IMG/VR virus record: IMGVR_UViG_3300019124_000098
Span: 1 to 30,844 of that record
Direction: 5' to 3' (one strand)
Origin: a virus
Lineage: Duplodnaviria; Caudoviricetes
Length of the DNA: 30,844 bases
Within the stretch, counting starts at the first letter, position 1, and every line of letters begins with the position of its first letter. Under the pieces are notes generated by a model. It did not search any database. It worked only from the letters and a program-made list of their open reading frames with translations, and was not told where the DNA came from. Positions 16,744 to 26,132 of this stretch are shown here, piece by piece. The position numbers and the translations under genes were made by a program.

Positions 16744-17055
16744 GTGAAAATCAAGATGATTACACTCGCTGCGGGACCCGAAGGTGTTAAGCACCCCGGC
16801 AAAATTTACGACGTCAGCGACACCGAGGCGAAGGCGTTCGTTACCGGAGGATATGCTGAATACGTTGGTGCAGCACCGGCAGAAACGATCGCGCAGCCTC
16901 AGGAAACGGAGGGGCCGTCAATGGAAGCATTCGGCGAGTTGTCCGCCGCCGACCAGAAGTCGCTGCTCGAGAAGCTCGCGATCGAAGGTGACGCCGGCAA
17001 CGAGGAGAAGCGGACGGCGCTTTACGCCGCGTACCTTGAAGCGAAGAAGGTGTAA
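16744..17055 (+). CDS. Hypothetical head-associated protein
   Basis: GGAGGTGA SD. Position between capsid and head-tail connector. Confidence 0.7.
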   Translation: MKIKMITLAAGPEGVKHPGKIYDVSDTEAKAFVTGGYAEYVGAAPAETIAQPQETEGPSMEAFGELSAADQKSLLEKLAIEGDAGNEEKRTALYAAYLEAKKV

Positions 17056-17058
17056 ACC

Positions 17059-17616
17059 ATGAAGCTCAAGGTGATCACTCCGCCGGCCAGCGAGCCGGTG
17101 GGGCTTCCGGACGTGAAGCCGCAGTTGCGGATCGACTTGGACGATACCTCCTACGACGCAACGCTAACGCCGCTCATCACGGCCGCGCGCGAATGGTGCG
17201 AAGGCTACCAGAATCGCGCGTACCTCGCGCAGACGTTGGAGATCGCATTGGACGATTGGCCGCGCGGCGCGATCCGGCTTGCACGGCCGCCGTTGCAGTC
17301 GGTGACGAGCCTTACGTACACGGACCGCGACGGGAACACAGCGATGTGGGCACCGTCGAACTACATCGTCGACGACTACTCGGAGCCGGCGGAAATTGTA
17401 CGCACCGCGGGTGTCTACTGGCCCACGATTTGCCTGGCGCCGGCGAATGGCGTCAAGGTCCGCTACGTCGCCGGCCACGCTGCTGCCGCCAGCGTCCCGG
17501 AGCGGGTGAAGCAGGCGATCATCCTCTTGGTCGCCACCTGGTTTGATAACCCCGGATGCGAGCCGCCGGACGCGGTGAAGTCGCTGCTTAGCCTAGATCG
17601 GGTGGTGCCGGTATGA
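17059..17616 (+). CDS. Head-tail connector (gp6-like)
   Basis: ITPPASEPV...LITAAREWCE...VKVRYVAG...VKQAIILLVATWF. Confidence 0.9.
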   Translation: MKLKVITPPASEPVGLPDVKPQLRIDLDDTSYDATLTPLITAAREWCEGYQNRAYLAQTLEIALDDWPRGAIRLARPPLQSVTSLTYTDRDGNTAMWAPSNYIVDDYSEPAEIVRTAGVYWPTICLAPANGVKVRYVAGHAAAASVPERVKQAIILLVATWFDNPGCEPPDAVKSLLSLDRVVPV

Positions 17617-17951
17617 ATAAGCCCGGCGAACGATCGCTGATGTCACGCCTCAGCAAGCGGGCAACAATCCTACGGAGTGTTGAGGCGTCCGGCGAGTACG
17701 GAGGTCCAGTCGAGACGTGGGAGCCGGTATGCGACGTTTGGGCCGCTGTCGAGCCGTTGCGAGGGCAGGAGTATTTTACCGCGGGTCGTGAGGGCGCCAA
17801 CGTCACCACGCGGATCCGAATCCGGTACCGGGAAGCCATTAATCGAACGATGATCGTGCGCTGCGACGGGATCGACTTCGAGATTCTGAGTATCATTGAC
17901 CCGGAATTTCGTCACCGGGAAATGCAGCTCATGTGTAAGGAGCGGCAATAA
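17613..17951 (+). CDS. Head closure protein (SPP1 gp16-like)
   Basis: VWAAVEPLRGQEYF...RIRIRYR...FEILSII. Alternative start at 17640. Confidence 0.9.
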   Translation: MNKPGERSLMSRLSKRATILRSVEASGEYGGPVETWEPVCDVWAAVEPLRGQEYFTAGREGANVTTRIRIRYREAINRTMIVRCDGIDFEILSIIDPEFRHREMQLMCKERQ

Positions 17952-17952
17952 G

Positions 17953-18411
17953 ATGGCGCGGTCGGATATTAAGGGTATGGCGGAGCTTCAAACGACGTTC
18001 AAGCTACTTGGTCGCATCCCTCAGACGGTATCCACGAAGTCGGCGCGCGCCGGCGCCTCGATTGCATTGCGTGCAGCTCGTCGGAATGCACCGGAGGACA
18101 CAGGGGATCTGAAGAGCGGCATCATCGCGAAGCGTGAGCGCAAGACGGTGCCGGGCAAGGCTGTGTACGACGTTATGATGGACCCAGCCAAGAACGACAT
18201 CTTCGTGAAGATATCGAAGGATGGGAAACGATCGTACTATCCTGCGTCCCAGGAATACGGCTTCTTGACCGTCGACGGTGGGTACATTCCAGGGAACCGG
18301 TTTCTACAGCGTGCGATCACGGAGAATAACCAGGAAATCGAGAGAAAGATCCTCGAGGTAACCGGTAAGGAAGTCGACAAAGCTTTGCGGAAACGAGGTG
18401 GGCGGGCATGA
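17953..18411 (+). CDS. HK97 gp10-like tail completion protein
   Basis: ATG after AAGGAG. APEDTGDLKSGI, QEYG and RFLQRA motifs. Confidence 0.88.
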   Translation: MARSDIKGMAELQTTFKLLGRIPQTVSTKSARAGASIALRAARRNAPEDTGDLKSGIIAKRERKTVPGKAVYDVMMDPAKNDIFVKISKDGKRSYYPASQEYGFLTVDGGYIPGNRFLQRAITENNQEIERKILEVTGKEVDKALRKRGGRA

Positions 18412-18797
18412 CATTTGAGGCGGCGCTGGCGCAGGAGTTGAAGACAATCGGGGTTTTGGGCGGCCGAGTGTATCCGCTCGCCGCTCCGGAAGCGAATCGA
18501 AACAAAGGTACCCCGTATGTGATATTCGTCTCCAGCGAGGGTCTACGAACGAAAACGTTGGACGGTTACCAAAGTGGGAAGACCGTGCCAGGCGAGATCA
18601 ACGTGATCAGCGATGATTATAACGAGCTACGGTCCGTCACGGCCGCGATCGTTGAACTGCTGGTCGGTATGGAGCAGCGGACGATTGGATCCGGTGGTCC
18701 ATTCATCCAGGAAGTCGTATATCAAGAACCGCGCGAGCTGTACGAGGAGGCGCCGAAGCTGTATCGGTGCTTGATTGATTTTGAAGTCTATTTCTGA
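18408..18797 (+). CDS. Tail terminator protein (DUF3168-like)
   Basis: GRVYPLAAPE...PYVIF. Position just before the tail tube. Confidence 0.8.
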   Translation: MTFEAALAQELKTIGVLGGRVYPLAAPEANRNKGTPYVIFVSSEGLRTKTLDGYQSGKTVPGEINVISDDYNELRSVTAAIVELLVGMEQRTIGSGGPFIQEVVYQEPRELYEEAPKLYRCLIDFEVYF

Positions 18798-18811
18798 GGA
18801 GGTAGAGGGGA

Positions 18812-19519
18812 TTGTCCAAGAAGACGATCGGCACGAAAATAAGGATCGGCTTGTATAATATTGCCGGCCTGACGTCAATCACGCCGCCGAACAAGACGGC
18901 AGACATGATCGAGAAAACGACGCTCGACGACCCGTACAGGAAGTATGTCGCCACATTGAAGGATGGCGGGGAAGTGGCGATCTCCGGTTACTTCGAGGCT
19001 GGGGATACGAACGGCCAGCTCGCTTTGGATGACGCCTTTGAATCCGGCGAAGAGGTACCTTTCGAGATTATCTTCCCGGCGGAAGTGGGTGCGAGCTGGA
19101 GTTTCGGCGGCCTCGTCCAATCGCTGACCTTCGGCACCGCCGAACTCGGTGAGCTGCTTACGTTCGAGGCGACTATTAAGGTCAGTGGGAAGCCGGATCT
19201 GAACACGACGGCGAGCACCGGCCTTTCGGCGCTGTCGCTCACGGGTGCTGGAGGTACGCTTTCGCCAGCGTTCTCGAACTCGAAGTATTTCTATACGTTT
19301 GGCGGCGTCACGGCCAGTAGCGTAACGGTCACGGCGACGGCCGCAGGCCATACGCTGAAGCTGTTCATGGACGGCGAGTATTCTCAGGACCTGACGTCGG
19401 GCAGCGCGTCCACGGCGATCTCGCTGACACTCAACGTAGGCAAGAAGTTGACGATTGTGGCGCAAGAAGAAGGCAAGTCGTCCGTCATTTACGAAGTTGT
19501 CGTCGTGAAGACGGCGTAA
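18812..19519 (+). CDS. Major tail tube protein with C-terminal cadherin-like/Ig beta-sandwich
   Basis: GGAGG SD, TTG start. LKDGGEV...IKVSGKP tube domain, then LSALSL...LSPAFS...VTVTATA...IVAQEEG. Confidence 0.9.
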   Translation: MSKKTIGTKIRIGLYNIAGLTSITPPNKTADMIEKTTLDDPYRKYVATLKDGGEVAISGYFEAGDTNGQLALDDAFESGEEVPFEIIFPAEVGASWSFGGLVQSLTFGTAELGELLTFEATIKVSGKPDLNTTASTGLSALSLTGAGGTLSPAFSNSKYFYTFGGVTASSVTVTATAAGHTLKLFMDGEYSQDLTSGSASTAISLTLNVGKKLTIVAQEEGKSSVIYEVVVVKTA

Positions 19520-19526
19520 ATCCGTT

Positions 19527-19554
19527 AGCCCGGGGCCAAGTGCTCCGGGCTTTT
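19527..19554 (+). terminator. Intrinsic terminator after the tail tube gene
   Basis: AGCCCGGGGC-CAAGT-GCTCCGGGCT followed by TTT. Confidence 0.7.
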
Positions 19555-19573
19555 CCATAAAGGAGCGAGGCTA

Positions 19574-19966
19574 ATGAATAACGATGTGGTCATTATTGAG
19601 CTCGACCGCCCGAGGCAGCTCAAATTCACGCACACGGCGCTGAAGACGTTGATGTCGATCACGGGCCAATCCATCGAGGAACTAGACGGTCAGCTTGACG
19701 TCTACAATTTCGAGTTTTTGGAACAGATGGCATACTGCGGTCTGCTTCGGGATGCAAAAGAGAGAGGTGAAACCCTCGACCCCAAAAATATTGCAGATCT
19801 GCTTGATGAGGCGCCGTCGTTCGTCCACGTGATCGAGAAAGTCGTAGCCGCCTGGCGTGTGGCGTTCGGGGCTCCGCCTCAGACCGCTGAGGGAAACCCT
19901 CTGGCGCCGGCGGAGGGAACGCCGGCAAACGAAAACCTTTCGATTGGGAAGAATCCCTTCGCGTAG
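19574..19966 (+). CDS. Tail assembly chaperone (gpG-like)
   Basis: AAGGAG SD. Between tail tube and tape measure. Carries a slippery heptamer. Confidence 0.88.
   Translation: MNNDVVIIELDRPRQLKFTHTALKTLMSITGQSIEELDGQLDVYNFEFLEQMAYCGLLRDAKERGETLDPKNIADLLDEAPSFVHVIEKVVAAWRVAFGAPPQTAEGNPLAPAEGTPANENLSIGKNPFA
19891..19897 (+). other. -1 ribosomal frameshift site G GGA AAC
   Basis: X XXY YYZ heptamer in the correct phase. The -1 frame is open to 20271. Confidence 0.88.
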
Positions 19967-20271
19967 CGATTCGCTGCGGGGTTGGAGTTTTAGAATATGG
20001 GGAGTTGACTCCGCGTGAGCTCCTCTTAATCGTCGAAGAGTACACTGGGAAAAGACAGAATGATCACGAGCGTATGCTCATTTACGCATATAAAACAGCT
20101 GAGTGGTTCCGCGTGAAGCGAATGCCTAGCCTGAAAGATGTTCTCGAGTCGGCACGGGAGAAGAAAGCTGCTGCACACGAACCGCAAACACCGGAGCAGA
20201 TGTTTGCCGTCGTGAAACGAATGCACCACAGGTTGACGAGGGAGGAGGAGAAGAAGCGTGGCCGTAGTTAA
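19897..20271 (+). CDS. Tail assembly chaperone gpT segment (gpGT fusion via -1 frameshift)
   Basis: -1 frame reads PSGAGGGNAGKRKPFDWEESLRVAIRCGVGVLEYGELTPREL..., contiguous with track ORF 20005..20271. Confidence 0.85.
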   Translation, partial: PSGAGGGNAGKRKPFDWEESLRVAIRCGVGVLEYGELTPRELLLIVEEYTGKRQNDHERMLIYAYKTAEWFRVKRMPSLKDVLESAREKKAAAHEPQTPEQMFAVVKRMHHRLTREEEKKRGRS

Positions 20272-22855
20272 AAACCTAATGATTCGGATCGGTGCCGACT
20301 ATTCGCCGGCGAAGAAAGCGATGGACGGCGCCACGCGAGAACTCACGAGGTTCCGTAAAGATACGGAGAAAACGGCATCGGCGATCCGTGGGGAAAAAGG
20401 GCTAGGAGGCATCGCCGACGAGTTCAAATCCCTCAACGAGGAGCTGCGTGCCTCCATCTCTCGTCTGCGCGGTGCACAAGGATTAGGGGCAGTTACGAGT
20501 GAAGTTAAAACACTGGTTCCGCTCCTCGGCCGCTCTGCCGCTGCTATGAGCGGCCTCGGGCAGGCGACGATGACGACGGGAGCGCGCTTTGGCATCGCCG
20601 GCATTGCGGTCGCAGCGTTCACGGCAGCACTCGGCGCAGCAACAATGGGTATTTACCAAGCAAGCCAGCGCGCGGTGAAATTTGAGTCCGACCTTGGCCG
20701 ACTTAACATGCAGTTGAAAGGTGGATCCCGGGAATTTATCGAATGGGCCCGGGCACAAGGATTAGCGAAAACAACGTCCGTTGAACTGGGCGCAACATAT
20801 AGCACACTTCTTTCCTCATTCATTTCGGATAACAAGCGACTTGCGGCCGAGACGAAAAGTCTTGTTCAGGCGTCGCGGATCCTCGTGAGCGGTACGGGCC
20901 GGCCGATTGAGGAAGTCCTGGAACGGGTGCGTTCCGGCTTGCTTGGTAATACGGAAGCGATTGAGGATCTTGGCGTCTTCGTAAACATCGCGATGATCGA
21001 GAGCACGAACGCATTTAAGAAGTTCGCCAACGGAAAGAGCTGGGATCAGCTCGACTTCCGCGTTCAGCAACAAATTCGGCTCGCGGCGATTCTCGAGCAG
21101 ACATATGCTCGGTATGGGAACGAGTTGCAGAATAACACGATGACCAAACAGTCGCGGCTCATGGAACAGCTGAAGGACATCCAGCTTCACCTGTCTCAGG
21201 CGTTCCTGCCCATCTGGGACGCGGTGCTGCCGCCGTTAATCCGGCTAGCGGAAGCGCTCGCCGTGACGACGGAGCACTTGGCGAGGTTCATGTACCGGCT
21301 CCGCGGCCTGGACTACGACGAGATGACACAAGGCACAGACCAACAAACGGATGCGGTGCAGAATCAGGGCGATGCGTATGCCGATCTGGCGAAGCAAGCA
21401 GCAAAAGCGCGCAAGGAACTTGCCGCGTTTGACGAGCTCAACTTGATCGGAGGAGGGGGCTCTGGATCAGCTGGCTCCGGTGGAGGTGGTGGCGCCCCAG
21501 GTGGCGGCATTCCTCCTAGTGGGCCTGGAGGTCCCGGAGGCGGCGGTCTGCAACTGCCCAATATACCACCCCTTCCTCGCCTGCAACTGCAGTTTGATCC
21601 ACCGAGTCCTCCGGACGCGGGTGCAGGCGCTGTGGCGACGGCAGTGTCGAGCACGATTAACGCCATGAGCGCTGAAGTGAAACAGCGACTCGCAGAGCTC
21701 TGGAGAGATTTGCAAGCAGAAACTCAGGTGAAAGCCCCAGTTCTTCAGGGGGCACTTGCTGCTATGTTCGCGGAGATCTTGAAAAACACCACCGCGACGA
21801 CAGGTCAAATTCGCGCGGATTGGAAGTTCATGCTTTCTGGCATGCAGGGCGAGCTTGTTGTATATCGTCCCCAAATCGAAACCGATTGGGTCGGCTTGAA
21901 GCTAGCAATCGACTCAATGAAAAACCCGCTCGCGACGGTGCGTGCGGATTGGCATAACACCTTGGATTACATGCAGGTGCAGCTGAACGCTTATCGGCCT
22001 TATCTGGAATGGGGATTCAAGCTGATTGGCCTATCGGCAATTGGGTTGGTGCCGCAGCTGCTTCAGGTGGAGAATGCCTGGAAGCAAACGTTGTCGAACA
22101 TGGCTACCTCTGCGACTTCCTTCCTCGGCGATATCCTGGGCGGAATCAACGGCGTTATTGCTGCATGGGCCCGGATGCAAAAGACGCTTACAGGTGCGCC
22201 AGCGGCATCGCCGGCCAACTCGCCATCCGTCAAAACGCAGCCGGCTACTCTTGGGCAAGAGAAGTCTGCGATGGTGCGGCAGCAAGCGAATCGGGCCCCG
22301 GCATTAAACATCCCGACGACCGCGGGTGCAGCGGCCGGAGTCAATTTGGACGTCAGTTGGATGTATTCGCCGGAGACGCTGGCGGGAGTTCAGGCGATGC
22401 TGCAGCAGGAAGCGCAAAAACCGCAGAACCAAGCGGCATTTTCGATTTATTCGACGCTGTTACCGCTTGGCAAACTCGGACAAGCCGGCAAGTTGGGCAT
22501 GTACGGAGATGATGCCGTTAATGCGCTGAAGAAGCTCTGGGAAAGTATGAAAGGAGCCGGCAACGCAATACCAGCTTTCGCAAATGGAGGCCTTGTATAC
22601 GGGCCAACGTTAGCCATGGTCGGCGACAACCCGGGAGCACGGACGGATCCGGAGGTGATCGCTCCGTTTAGCGACCTTCAGGACCTGCTGGATGGTGAAA
22701 ACGCGGAGAGTATTTCCGTGCTGCGTCAAATTCTGACGGCACTGCAGGGCGGCCTACAGGTCCAGGTAAGCATCTCCCGTGACGAGGTCGGCCGAGCAGC
22801 AACCGGGTACATCAATGACGAAACGCGACGTGGGCGAAATCCCATCAGGGTGTAG
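20258..22855 (+). CDS. Tape measure protein
   Basis: Ala-rich helical 865 aa after the chaperones. Trp-anchored repeats 129 nt apart (21809, 21938, 22067). C-terminal IPAFANGG...AMVGDNPG...PEVIAP. Confidence 0.92.
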   Translation: MAVVKNLMIRIGADYSPAKKAMDGATRELTRFRKDTEKTASAIRGEKGLGGIADEFKSLNEELRASISRLRGAQGLGAVTSEVKTLVPLLGRSAAAMSGLGQATMTTGARFGIAGIAVAAFTAALGAATMGIYQASQRAVKFESDLGRLNMQLKGGSREFIEWARAQGLAKTTSVELGATYSTLLSSFISDNKRLAAETKSLVQASRILVSGTGRPIEEVLERVRSGLLGNTEAIEDLGVFVNIAMIESTNAFKKFANGKSWDQLDFRVQQQIRLAAILEQTYARYGNELQNNTMTKQSRLMEQLKDIQLHLSQAFLPIWDAVLPPLIRLAEALAVTTEHLARFMYRLRGLDYDEMTQGTDQQTDAVQNQGDAYADLAKQAAKARKELAAFDELNLIGGGGSGSAGSGGGGGAPGGGIPPSGPGGPGGGGLQLPNIPPLPRLQLQFDPPSPPDAGAGAVATAVSSTINAMSAEVKQRLAELWRDLQAETQVKAPVLQGALAAMFAEILKNTTATTGQIRADWKFMLSGMQGELVVYRPQIETDWVGLKLAIDSMKNPLATVRADWHNTLDYMQVQLNAYRPYLEWGFKLIGLSAIGLVPQLLQVENAWKQTLSNMATSATSFLGDILGGINGVIAAWARMQKTLTGAPAASPANSPSVKTQPATLGQEKSAMVRQQANRAPALNIPTTAGAAAGVNLDVSWMYSPETLAGVQAMLQQEAQKPQNQAAFSIYSTLLPLGKLGQAGKLGMYGDDAVNALKKLWESMKGAGNAIPAFANGGLVYGPTLAMVGDNPGARTDPEVIAPFSDLQDLLDGENAESISVLRQILTALQGGLQVQVSISRDEVGRAATGYINDETRRGRNPIRV

Positions 22856-22868
22856 GAGGTGTGCTGTC

Positions 22869-23228
22869 TTGTACCTAGCAATAAACGGCGTAGAAATCGC
22901 TAAATATCCGGCTCAATTCTCGGTTACGGTTATGGACCTGGACGACGCGGATACGACCACCCGAACTGCCGACGGCACGCTGACCCGGGATCGGATCGCT
23001 GTGAAACGGCAGATCGAGATGAGTTTTAACGCGATGCTTTGGGAGGACATAGCAGCCATTCAGCAGGCGATGGCGGATGAGTTCTTTGAATTTACGTACC
23101 CGGATCCGCACTCTGGACAACAAGAAACGAAGACGTTTTACGCCGGTAATCGAAAGGCAGCCGTCGCGATTGTGAAAAACGGTGTCTACTGGTGGACAGG
23201 TCTTCAGTTGACTCTGACGGAGCAGTGA
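22869..23228 (+). CDS. Distal tail protein (Dit-like)
   Basis: TTG after AGGAGGTG. RTADGTLTRDRIAVKRQIE...YPDP...FYAGNR. Follows the tape measure gene. Confidence 0.8.
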   Translation: MYLAINGVEIAKYPAQFSVTVMDLDDADTTTRTADGTLTRDRIAVKRQIEMSFNAMLWEDIAAIQQAMADEFFEFTYPDPHSGQQETKTFYAGNRKAAVAIVKNGVYWWTGLQLTLTEQ

Positions 23229-23232
23229 TGCC

Positions 23233-25176
23233 ATGTACGAAATTTCAGACCAGTATAAGGAATACCTGAAGCAGCGTTCCCGCGATTGGCTAGTGAAGGT
23301 TTTAATCGGCAGCAAGGAATACGGGAACGATGTGATCTTAGATTTTGTCATTGAAAACGATCTGACCCCGGATCGGGAGTTCGTGCTGGGTGCAGCGATC
23401 GTTTCAAAATTAACACTTCGGATGAAGACCTCGGACGAAATCGCCCCAAACGCCCGTACTGTCCCGTCCGTAGCGCTTACCGGTTCGGCGGGAGCTACGG
23501 AATGGTTGCCGCTCGGGGAATTCTTTATCGACAGCCGAGAGCAGGTCAAAGATGTCTGGGTGTTCACTTGCTACGACAAGCTCATACGGGCCAACGTACC
23601 GTATATCTCGGCTCTTACTTACCCAGCAACAATGCAAGCGGTATGGGATGAGATATGCACCTCGCTCGGATATACGTATGACGGGTCGGTCTTCATTGAT
23701 CCATCGCATACGATCCAAGTCGGCCCGGTCGGTTTCACAAAGCGGGAAATGTTGGGATATATTGCCGCGGTCAATGCGGCGAGCGTGTATATCGCCAAAA
23801 ACGGGGAGTTGCGTTTTCGGCGATTTGATGCGGATGATTCAGCGCTTCTTGATTTGACTGACAAGGATTACATCCGCGCTGAGCATATCAATCCATTCAA
23901 GACGTACACGAGGATCGTGGTTACGTACGATACGGAGCAAGGTTTGACCTACGAAGCCGGCGAAGGCGATGAGAACCACACGCTGCACCTTGAGAACCCG
24001 TTTATGACGCAGGCAATGGTGGACGCGCTACTAGCCAGGCTGAACGGATTTTATTACACTCCCGCACAAATCACTGCTCGCGGGCACCCGGAGATCGAAC
24101 TGGGTGACCGCTTTAACTTCGGTCGGTCCGTAGACTCCCCAGAATGGGAGGACGCAGACATCGCCTGGGAGGATGTCGGGTTTACCTGGAACGGGTATCA
24201 GTATGGCGCCGGGATCTCCATCGTCCTCGAACAGAAATACACGTTCCGGGGCGGATTGCAGATGGAAATCGGTGCGCCGTCCAAATCGGAACAGGAATCC
24301 GAATTCGAGACTGAGGGCACTCTCGCTGCACAAATCAACCGCCTTAATCAGACATCGGTGAAGCTTGGCCGGCAATATTATGGCGCAACGATTACCAGAG
24401 ACGAAGGCTTGATTATTGAGCGCGAGGATCATGCGTCTAAGGTAATATTAAATAGCGACGAGTTCTCCTTCTACGTCGGGGCAGATAGGGCGCTGTGGTT
24501 TGATATTCAGGCGCAGCGCTACAAATTTTCGGGCACACTCGAGGCAACTGACGGTGTGTTTACGGGGGCGCTTGTTGGCGGGACAATCGAAATTGGTTCG
24601 GGCAATAGCGTATTCAAGGCGGACCAAAGCGGTATTTATTTGGGGTCAGGAACGTTCTCCTCTGCACCGTTTCGTGTTGACCTAACGGGAGCCCTATACT
24701 CGACAGCAGGATACATCGGCGGTTGGAACATCGAATCCGACCGGCTTTCGGGCAACGGGGCCATTGAAGGTGGCGAGATTATTGGGTCGTACTTCTACGG
24801 CGGCACAATCAACGTCTCAGACGACGTCATCGTTGGGGACCGAATTAAATTCAACGGTGCGGGAGGGATGGACAGAGGAATTTATTTCGGGAACGTCGGC
24901 GCAATCACTTTTGATATGAACACCGACACGATCGAAATTTCATCGATGAACGGCGTCAGTATTTCTTCGTCGGTGTTAATCGTCGGGACAACGGATATAT
25001 TGGAGGAGATTAATTCGCTAAAATCAATGCTAGCAGCGAAAGCAACAAGCGGAGCGGACACTGGTTATGCGGGCCCGTATAATGGTGGGATACCGATTGG
25101 AACAGAACTGGCGACAGCGGACGGTGGGACAGTTACTTGGGTGGGAATTCCTGCACACAAACATATTCAGAACTAA
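23233..25176 (+). CDS. Baseplate hub/tail tip (Tal-like) protein with beta-rich spike region
   Basis: WLPLGEFFID, YIAAVNA...G.LRF, ENPFMTQ. Gly-rich beta repeats in the C-terminal half. Follows Dit. Confidence 0.8.
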   Translation: MYEISDQYKEYLKQRSRDWLVKVLIGSKEYGNDVILDFVIENDLTPDREFVLGAAIVSKLTLRMKTSDEIAPNARTVPSVALTGSAGATEWLPLGEFFIDSREQVKDVWVFTCYDKLIRANVPYISALTYPATMQAVWDEICTSLGYTYDGSVFIDPSHTIQVGPVGFTKREMLGYIAAVNAASVYIAKNGELRFRRFDADDSALLDLTDKDYIRAEHINPFKTYTRIVVTYDTEQGLTYEAGEGDENHTLHLENPFMTQAMVDALLARLNGFYYTPAQITARGHPEIELGDRFNFGRSVDSPEWEDADIAWEDVGFTWNGYQYGAGISIVLEQKYTFRGGLQMEIGAPSKSEQESEFETEGTLAAQINRLNQTSVKLGRQYYGATITRDEGLIIEREDHASKVILNSDEFSFYVGADRALWFDIQAQRYKFSGTLEATDGVFTGALVGGTIEIGSGNSVFKADQSGIYLGSGTFSSAPFRVDLTGALYSTAGYIGGWNIESDRLSGNGAIEGGEIIGSYFYGGTINVSDDVIVGDRIKFNGAGGMDRGIYFGNVGAITFDMNTDTIEISSMNGVSISSSVLIVGTTDILEEINSLKSMLAAKATSGADTGYAGPYNGGIPIGTELATADGGTVTWVGIPAHKHIQN

Positions 25177-25232
25177 AACCTTTACTTCAAAAGCGCGTAT
25201 AACTAATAAATTCCATTTTAGGGGGTGGTTTC

Positions 25233-25895
25233 GTGAAAAGGGTTTTGTTCGGGTTAATTCTCGGCCTTGGATTGATGTTCCCGTTTTCAACTGCCGGAGC
25301 TGAAGTTTTTTCGATGATTGGTAAAAAGATCGAGGGCAGTTTTCCTGTCACGCTTAACGGCCAACGAGCTGAGAAGGACGCCATCGTTGTGGAAGGAACC
25401 AGTTATCTGCCAATCAGGGTTGTCGCAGAATTATTCAATGCTGATGTTGCTTTTATTGATAGCGAAATTGTCATAACTCCGAAAGGAGGGGTGTACTTGA
25501 CGGATGAGGAAAAAAAGGCGAAATCAGAGGATTTAAAGAAAAAGGCTGCTGACGAACAAGCAAAGTTTGATGAGGGCACACGAATTGAAAATGAAAAGAA
25601 CGAAATCAAAAGAATGAGGAATGTATTACTAACCGAGTTGTCTATTAAAAAAAGCAAACTGCAAAATGCGCAGCACGAGATGGCGGTATTTGGGGAAATG
25701 CTGGCGGATATGAAGCTACCGACAAACAGCGATAAAAAGACACTATCCGAGTACGAACAGGGCAGGGCAAAGCTAGAAGCCAAGATAAAAAGCTTGGAAT
25801 CCACCATCGGCACGCTTAATTCAGAGGTTGAGGATATTGAAAACCAAATAACGCAGATTGACGAAAAAATTCAGCAAATGGGCAGCACTCCTTAA
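25233..25895 (+). CDS. Secreted protein with stalk (copper amine oxidase N-terminal-like) domain and coiled coil; moron-like
   Basis: Signal peptide MKRVLFGLILGLGLMFPFSTAGA. GTSYLPIRVVAELF motif. Heptad-rich C-terminus. AT-richer codons and its own terminator. Confidence 0.8.
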   Translation: MKRVLFGLILGLGLMFPFSTAGAEVFSMIGKKIEGSFPVTLNGQRAEKDAIVVEGTSYLPIRVVAELFNADVAFIDSEIVITPKGGVYLTDEEKKAKSEDLKKKAADEQAKFDEGTRIENEKNEIKRMRNVLLTELSIKKSKLQNAQHEMAVFGEMLADMKLPTNSDKKTLSEYEQGRAKLEAKIKSLESTIGTLNSEVEDIENQITQIDEKIQQMGSTP

Positions 25896-25909
25896 CGGGG
25901 TGCTTTTTT
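25884..25909 (+). terminator. Intrinsic terminator
   Basis: AGCACTCC-TTAAC-GGGGTGCT followed by TTTTT. Confidence 0.8.
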
Positions 25910-25931
25910 ATTTCCAAAGGAGGTTAAGCCC

Positions 25932-26132
25932 TTGGCTCAAATTCAGCCCTTTATTCGAATCGAGCTGGATCCTCGGCGACCGGTGCCGGAGATTTGCAGT
26001 GTAATTAGTGCTGTTACATCTACCTCCTCTGCGGAACAGGAGGAATTAATCTTGCGCGGGATTCAACGAGCGATTGAGAAACGCTTGATTGCGATCGGGA
26101 AAGGAGAGCAGCCAAGTGCCGAACAAGTATAG
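25932..26132 (+). CDS. Small hypothetical protein
   Basis: AAGGAGG SD, TTG start. Overlaps the tail fibre start. Confidence 0.75.
   Translation: MAQIQPFIRIELDPRRPVPEICSVISAVTSTSSAEQEELILRGIQRAIEKRLIAIGKGEQPSAEQV

Noticed and set aside
21448-21560. Collagen-like repeat in the tape measure protein
   Set aside because: No sustained Gly-X-Y periodicity.
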